The notes under the pieces were generated by a model that did not search any database, was not told the origin of the DNA, and was given only the letters and a program-made list of their open reading frames with translations. From assembly GCA_030390025.1 (NCBI GenBank), contig JASTWF010000344.1, forward strand, positions 248,001 to 312,000: a DNA stretch of 64,000 bases, written 5' to 3'. Source of the stretch: Squalus acanthias. Lineage: Eukaryota. Of this stretch, positions 59,365 through 64,000 are shown one piece after another (positions within the stretch are counted from its first letter, which is position 1; every line of letters starts with the position of its first letter). The position numbers and the translations under genes were made by a program.

Positions 59365-59665
59365 ACTGGTGTATTTATATAGCACCTTTTCACAACTCAA
59401 ACATCTTGACGTGTGGCACATTCCATTCATTATTGAAGTACAGTTACTGTTATGGGGACAGACCTGACAGATTCTAACCAGAGCATCCAGTTAATTTGTA
59501 TTCGGTGGCATTGATTGAGGAAAGTTGTGCTGGATTTCCTGCTCGTTCCAATATTGTCAGAGGGTCTTCAACATCCACCCGAACAGGGGCCTCTCTTGGC
59601 TTCACATCGCAGCTAAAGGACTGCACTTCTGGCAATGCAACACGCCCTCCGGAGGGCACTGGACA
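59365..59665 (-). mobile_element. Degenerate DeuSINE-like copy
   Basis: TATTTATATAGCACCTTTTCAC is the reverse complement of the SINE tail at ~32468-32490; the rest aligns only weakly. Confidence 0.5.
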
Positions 59666-59694
59666 AGCTAAACAGAGACTGTTATTTGTACAAT

Positions 59695-59815
59695 AGCAAA
59701 ATACTGCGGATGCTGGAAATCTGACGATGGGTCCCCGACTCAGAACGTTGACTCTGTTTCTCTCTCCTCAATGCTGCCTGACCTGCTGAGTGTTTCCAGC
59801 ATTTTCTGTTATTTG
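59695..59815 (+). mobile_element. Penelope pLTR-derived fragment with a decayed hammerhead core
   Basis: CTGACGATGGGTCCCCGACTCAGAACGTTGACTCTG...GCTGCCTGACCTGCTGAG parallels 4022-4110. Confidence 0.7.
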
Positions 59816-60239
59816 TACCCGACCACCCAGTTACACTCACTCTCACTGACACACACACACACACTCTGACACACAGCAGCTCAGGTTAAAGCGTTTAAGC
59901 GAACACAGAAAACACATCCCTGCTTCTCCCACTCATCATTATATGAAGCCACTAATCCTGCTAAGTTAATTCACTTAAGCTTCCACTGTGTTGTATTGAA
60001 AAATAATCACTGAACTCACACAGGAACACTTACAATTCTGGTGTCCAGCTATATTAATCAAGCAAAAGAAATTCAATCTTCAAATCCATTTTCTGTTGAC
60101 ATTTGTTCCAGTTACATTCAAATCAGATGCACAAACCTCAGTAACTCCTGCCTCCACTGCACTTCAAACTCCAATCACTGCTTAAACTGTACAGCAATTC
60201 TATAATTTACCAAACAGGTACCACTACCCAATATACATG

Positions 60240-60395
60240 AACCCCTCAATTACATTCCAGTCTGTAACTCACGCCCGGGTATCTGTTATTCTATATATAT
60301 AAACCCCCTGATTAGATTCCAGCCTGTAACTCACTCCTGGGTATCTGTTATTCTATATATAAGGGCCTCAATTAGATTCCAACCTGTACCTCTCA
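60240..60395. repeat. ~60-65-bp tandem repeat, ~2.5 copies
   Basis: ATTAGATTCCAGCCTGTAACTCACTCCTGGGTATCTGTTATTCTATATAT. Confidence 0.75.
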
Positions 60396-60756
60396 CAGGT
60401 ACAATTTAAAGAATAACTTGTGGGTGACAATCGGGACAATAACTCAAGCAGAATACAAGACATTGACCTCATTATTATACAGCCTCCTAATCCAGTTACA
60501 CACTCATGGGTGTTGAAACTAAATTAACATATGGGGGGGGGGGGGGTAATTATCTGAGCTGAAGGACCTCCCCCGGCCCGCATTGCCCCACTCTCAGCCA
60601 TTGTATGAAGCTGAGATTACAAACTATTCCTGTAGGAGGCCGCTGGTCTCATCCTTTCCCGGCACTGACTTTGTTGTTTAGAATGCGTAAACCAGCACTA
60701 AACTCAGGAGTTGCTATCACAGACCAGTTGCCCGCCTGCCAGGTTACTGAGTCCTT

Positions 60757-61282
60757 AAGTGAGAAGTCGCACAACACCAGGTTATAGTCCAACAGTTTTA
60801 TTTGAAATCACAAGATTTCTGAGCTGCTGCTCCTTCGTCAGGTGAAGTGAAGGAATACGAATCGGCAAAGCATATATAGACAGAGAACAATGCCTGTGCA
60901 GCGTACAATGTCAGACGACTACAGTTAATCTTTCTGACTGCCTTTTATCACACCTCGGCAGAGAGACAATCAGGTCAGTCAGAAAGACATTCTATCAATT
61001 TGATATAATGTCTCCCTGACTGACCTGATTGTCTCTCTGCCGAGGTGTGATAAAAGGCAGTCAGAAAGATTAACTGCAGTCGTCTGACATTGTACGCTAC
61101 ACAGGCATTGTTCTCTGACTATATATGCTTTGCCGATTCGTATCCTTCACTTCACCTGACGAAGGAGCAGCAGCTCAGAAAGCTTGTGATTTCAAATAAA
61201 ACTGTTGGACTATAACCTGGTGGTGTGTGACTTCTCACTTTTGTCCACCCCAGTCCAACACCGGCATCTCCGCATCATAGCC
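60757..61282. mobile_element. Fold-back (inverted pLTR) Penelope-derived non-autonomous element
   Basis: Palindrome 60757-61240 centred at ~60999; 42-bp unpaired extension; TSD ACTGAGTCCTTA at 60746-60757 and 61283-61294. Confidence 0.85.
61152..61189 (+). ncRNA. Minimal type-I hammerhead ribozyme motif (mirror copy at 60808-60845 on -)
   Basis: TCAC-CTGACGA-AG-GAGC-AGCA-GCTC-A-GAAA-GC-TT-GTGA. Stem I TCAC/GTGA, stem II GAGC/GCTC, palindromic stem III AAGCTT. Confidence 0.65.
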
Positions 61283-61602
61283 ACTGAGTCCTTACTCAGC
61301 CTGTCATTGTGATCGAAAGTTGCTATGAGCTCCCAGCGGTTGATCCACAGAAGGATTAACAAACAACAGGAAATTTACAAATAGGATTTATCAGGAATAG
61401 TCTGACCGGTCAGTCTCATTTTCTAATTTCTGGTGAATACGCTGATCAATGTGAAGCTCCTTATTAATGCAGAATGGGACATGTTACACTTTGTCCAGTG
61501 TCAGAATCAGACACTCCCAGGGCAGGACAGGATCCGGCTTCAGGAGAGGAAGGAAGTGAGAATATAAGGTGCGAAGTACTGCGAGCAAAAAACCGTTGAA
61601 CT

Positions 61603-61608
61603 TTTATT
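61603..61608 (-). terminator. Candidate polyadenylation signal of a convergent gene
   Basis: TTTATT on + at the left edge of an AT-rich, unique, UTR-like block (~61600-63050). No coding exon seen. Confidence 0.3.
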
Positions 61609-63083
61609 ACATTTCATTTACAAAGACAGAAGCCTCCACACAAACATAAATTTTAAAAAACATTTACATTTTAAAATGAAGATCCTTTTGACAGTTGGTC
61701 AATACAAGTTATTGGTTTGCATTACACCTGAAACCCACTTCAAAATTTCCAAGTTTATTTATAAAAACCAAGACATCAGAAAAATAAATAAGTGTCGATG
61801 AGTTTGAGGACGAAATCTGGGGGGGGAAGCTGCTTTGCTGCATCTCCAGGAAAAGGAAAAGGATTTGCTGCCAATGACTGTTTGGAGTCTGTAGTGGGAG
61901 TGAGTTGTGAAGCGCTCAGGGTCTGGCACACACATTGGTTTCTCTGCAAGGGGCGAGAGGAGAGGGCGATCTCGGGTTTGCTCCGAGTCAAGCAGGCCTC
62001 TCCCAACTTGGGCAATTATTTCAAGGCGATGTGATTGTAAAGTGCCGCTCGATTAGCGTTTGTTATTAAGACTCTTTTCTTGAGATTTCTTAGGATAAAA
62101 GTGACTTGACTAAATTCTGAAAGTACAGATGGTTCAAAAAGGTTAAATTAAGGAACACAACCAGACTTAAGGGGAGGAAACTGGAGGTTAATGAGTCACT
62201 TTCTGCTGTTACCTGAGCATCTGTGTGAGGTTTGAACCGTTTTTGGTCCATTTTTATAAACATCCTTTCACAAAGATCACAAGTTCTGGTGACAGGAAGT
62301 TTGGTACAAATGCTGCTTTTTTTTTTTTTACATGAGATGGAGATAAGGTGAAATGGTTTAAATCCTTCAATTCTAGGCTATCTGTAAATATCCTCATGGC
62401 TACCCACAATCCGGATTAAAATCAACACCGATTGGTCTTAAACCTTCGATTCAATGTTGCCTCATGATTCCTGTATTGAATCCTTTTGAGTAGTTTTTAA
62501 AATACCTCCTGTAAACAGTTCAGAGAAATATCAGCACAACAGAAACCTTTTCAATTCTCAGCACTCCCAACAAACGGCAGAATTCCACTGTGGATTTCTA
62601 ACAGTGACTGAGGACTGTTTGCAGCAACGTTCATTCATCGATCAAGACCCCTGAATCCAGATCGATTTCTGCAGGAAATCACAGAACTACAATGGTTGTA
62701 CAAACTGAGTCAGCATTACACATCTGGGCTGTTGTGAACTCAAGTGGCTGAGAGGATACAAGTAAAAAAATACCACAGGAAGGGTGAGAAATGAATCACA
62801 CTCCCACCATCTCCAACAGGATACCCTGGTATAATCCACAGCACCCGGGTTAAAGGCACACCCTGCTCTGCTCTGCGTGGTACAGTACATACCATATTGG
62901 CCCTTGTGGAAATGCAGTGCTCGGCCGAGCAGAACCTCTGGCAGTGCAGGGTAATATACAGAGCACAGTATCACCCTGGAGGTGCAATATCTTCCGGATA
63001 AACTATGGGGTGACCGTCCCTACAACAAACCCTCGCAGGTGATATCGCAGCTGATGTCTGACTGCACCAGTCAGTCACTGTAA

Positions 63084-63240
63084 AGAACACAGTCCCTGGG
63101 AGGCAGTGTTATATTGAACACAGTCCCTGGGATACAGTGTTATATTGAACACAGTCCCTGGGAGGCAGTGTTATATTGAACACAGTCCCTGGGATGGCAG
63201 TGTTATATTGAACACAGTCCTGGGGAGGCAGTGTTATACA
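63084..63240. repeat. ~31-bp tandem repeat, 5 copies
   Basis: GAACACAGTCCCTGGGAGGCAGTGTTATATT. Confidence 0.9.
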
Positions 63241-63424
63241 GCAAGCTGTAACCGGATGAGTGCGGAGTGAGGGAGGGGAAAGCCTGTGTCTGACACTTCA
63301 ATCTGCCGGCCTCTGCTATGACAGGTGCTGGTATCGATTGGATGAGGCGGGGAGAGTTAGAGCCAATTACAAGGAGCACATTAATAAGCAGTCCGCTAAT
63401 TCTGTAATCAGCAGCCATTGTATT

Positions 63425-64000
63425 GTAGAACCATAGACTGATGCAGCACAGGAGGCCATTCGGCCCATCGTGCCTGTGCCAGCTCCTTGGTACAGCTATC
63501 CAAATAATCCCACTCTCTTGCTCTTTTCCCATAGCCCTGTAATTTCCAATATCCAAATTCCCTTTTGAACTCGCTGTGTAAAAAAAATGTTTCCTCATGT
63601 CGCCTCTGGTTCTTTTGCCAATCACCTTAAATCTGTGTCCTCTGGTTATCGGCCCTTCAGCCACTGGAAACAGTTTCTCATTATTTACTCTATCTAAACC
63701 ATTCATGATTTTGAACACCTCTATCAAATCTCCTTTAACCTTCTCTGCTCTAAGGAGAACAACCTCAGCTTCTCCACATAACTGAACTCCCTCATCCCCG
63801 GTACCATTCTGGTAAATCTCCTCTGCACGCTCTCTAAAACCTTCACATCCTTCCTAAGGTGTGGTGCCCAGAATTGGACACAATACTACAACTGCGGCCG
63901 AACCAGTGTTTTATAAAGGTTTAGCACAACTTCCTTGCTTTTGTGGAGGACGAATTCATGGAATGTATACAAGATAATTTTCTAGATCAGTATGTTGAGG
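63425..64000 (-). mobile_element. CR1 3' fragment (-), abutting a + strand CR1 EN fragment at ~63943-64000
   Basis: IEVFKIMNGLDRV...RGHRFKV on -; VEDEFMECIQDNFLDQYVE on +. Confidence 0.88.

Overview
This is vertebrate nuclear DNA, most likely from a cartilaginous fish (inferred from its CR1, Penelope-like and Deu-domain SINE repeats; the species cannot be determined). It holds one complete 19-exon + strand gene for cartilage oligomeric matrix protein (COMP/thrombospondin-5), from ATG 10411 to TGA 57258. Exons 3-19 splice GT-AG into an intact frame. As assembled, exons 1 and 2 each lack one base, so the ORF is broken in the signal peptide and coiled-coil region (assembly error or recent null allele); repaired, it encodes 764 aa. 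The introns and flanks contain many different GC-rich minisatellites, CR1 LINEs (one full-length with an open ORF2), Penelope-like fragments with hammerhead motifs, Harbinger- and hAT-type MITEs, a Tx1 fragment, a degenerate L2 and DeuSINEs. The most notable non-coding structures are a ~484-bp near-perfect Penelope-derived palindrome with a hammerhead motif in each arm and a 12-bp TSD (60757-61282), and a 5.4-kb satellite amplified from an internal SINE segment (26747-32180). No prokaryotic systems or CRISPR arrays are present. All calls were made by eye from the sequence and the supplied ORF track.
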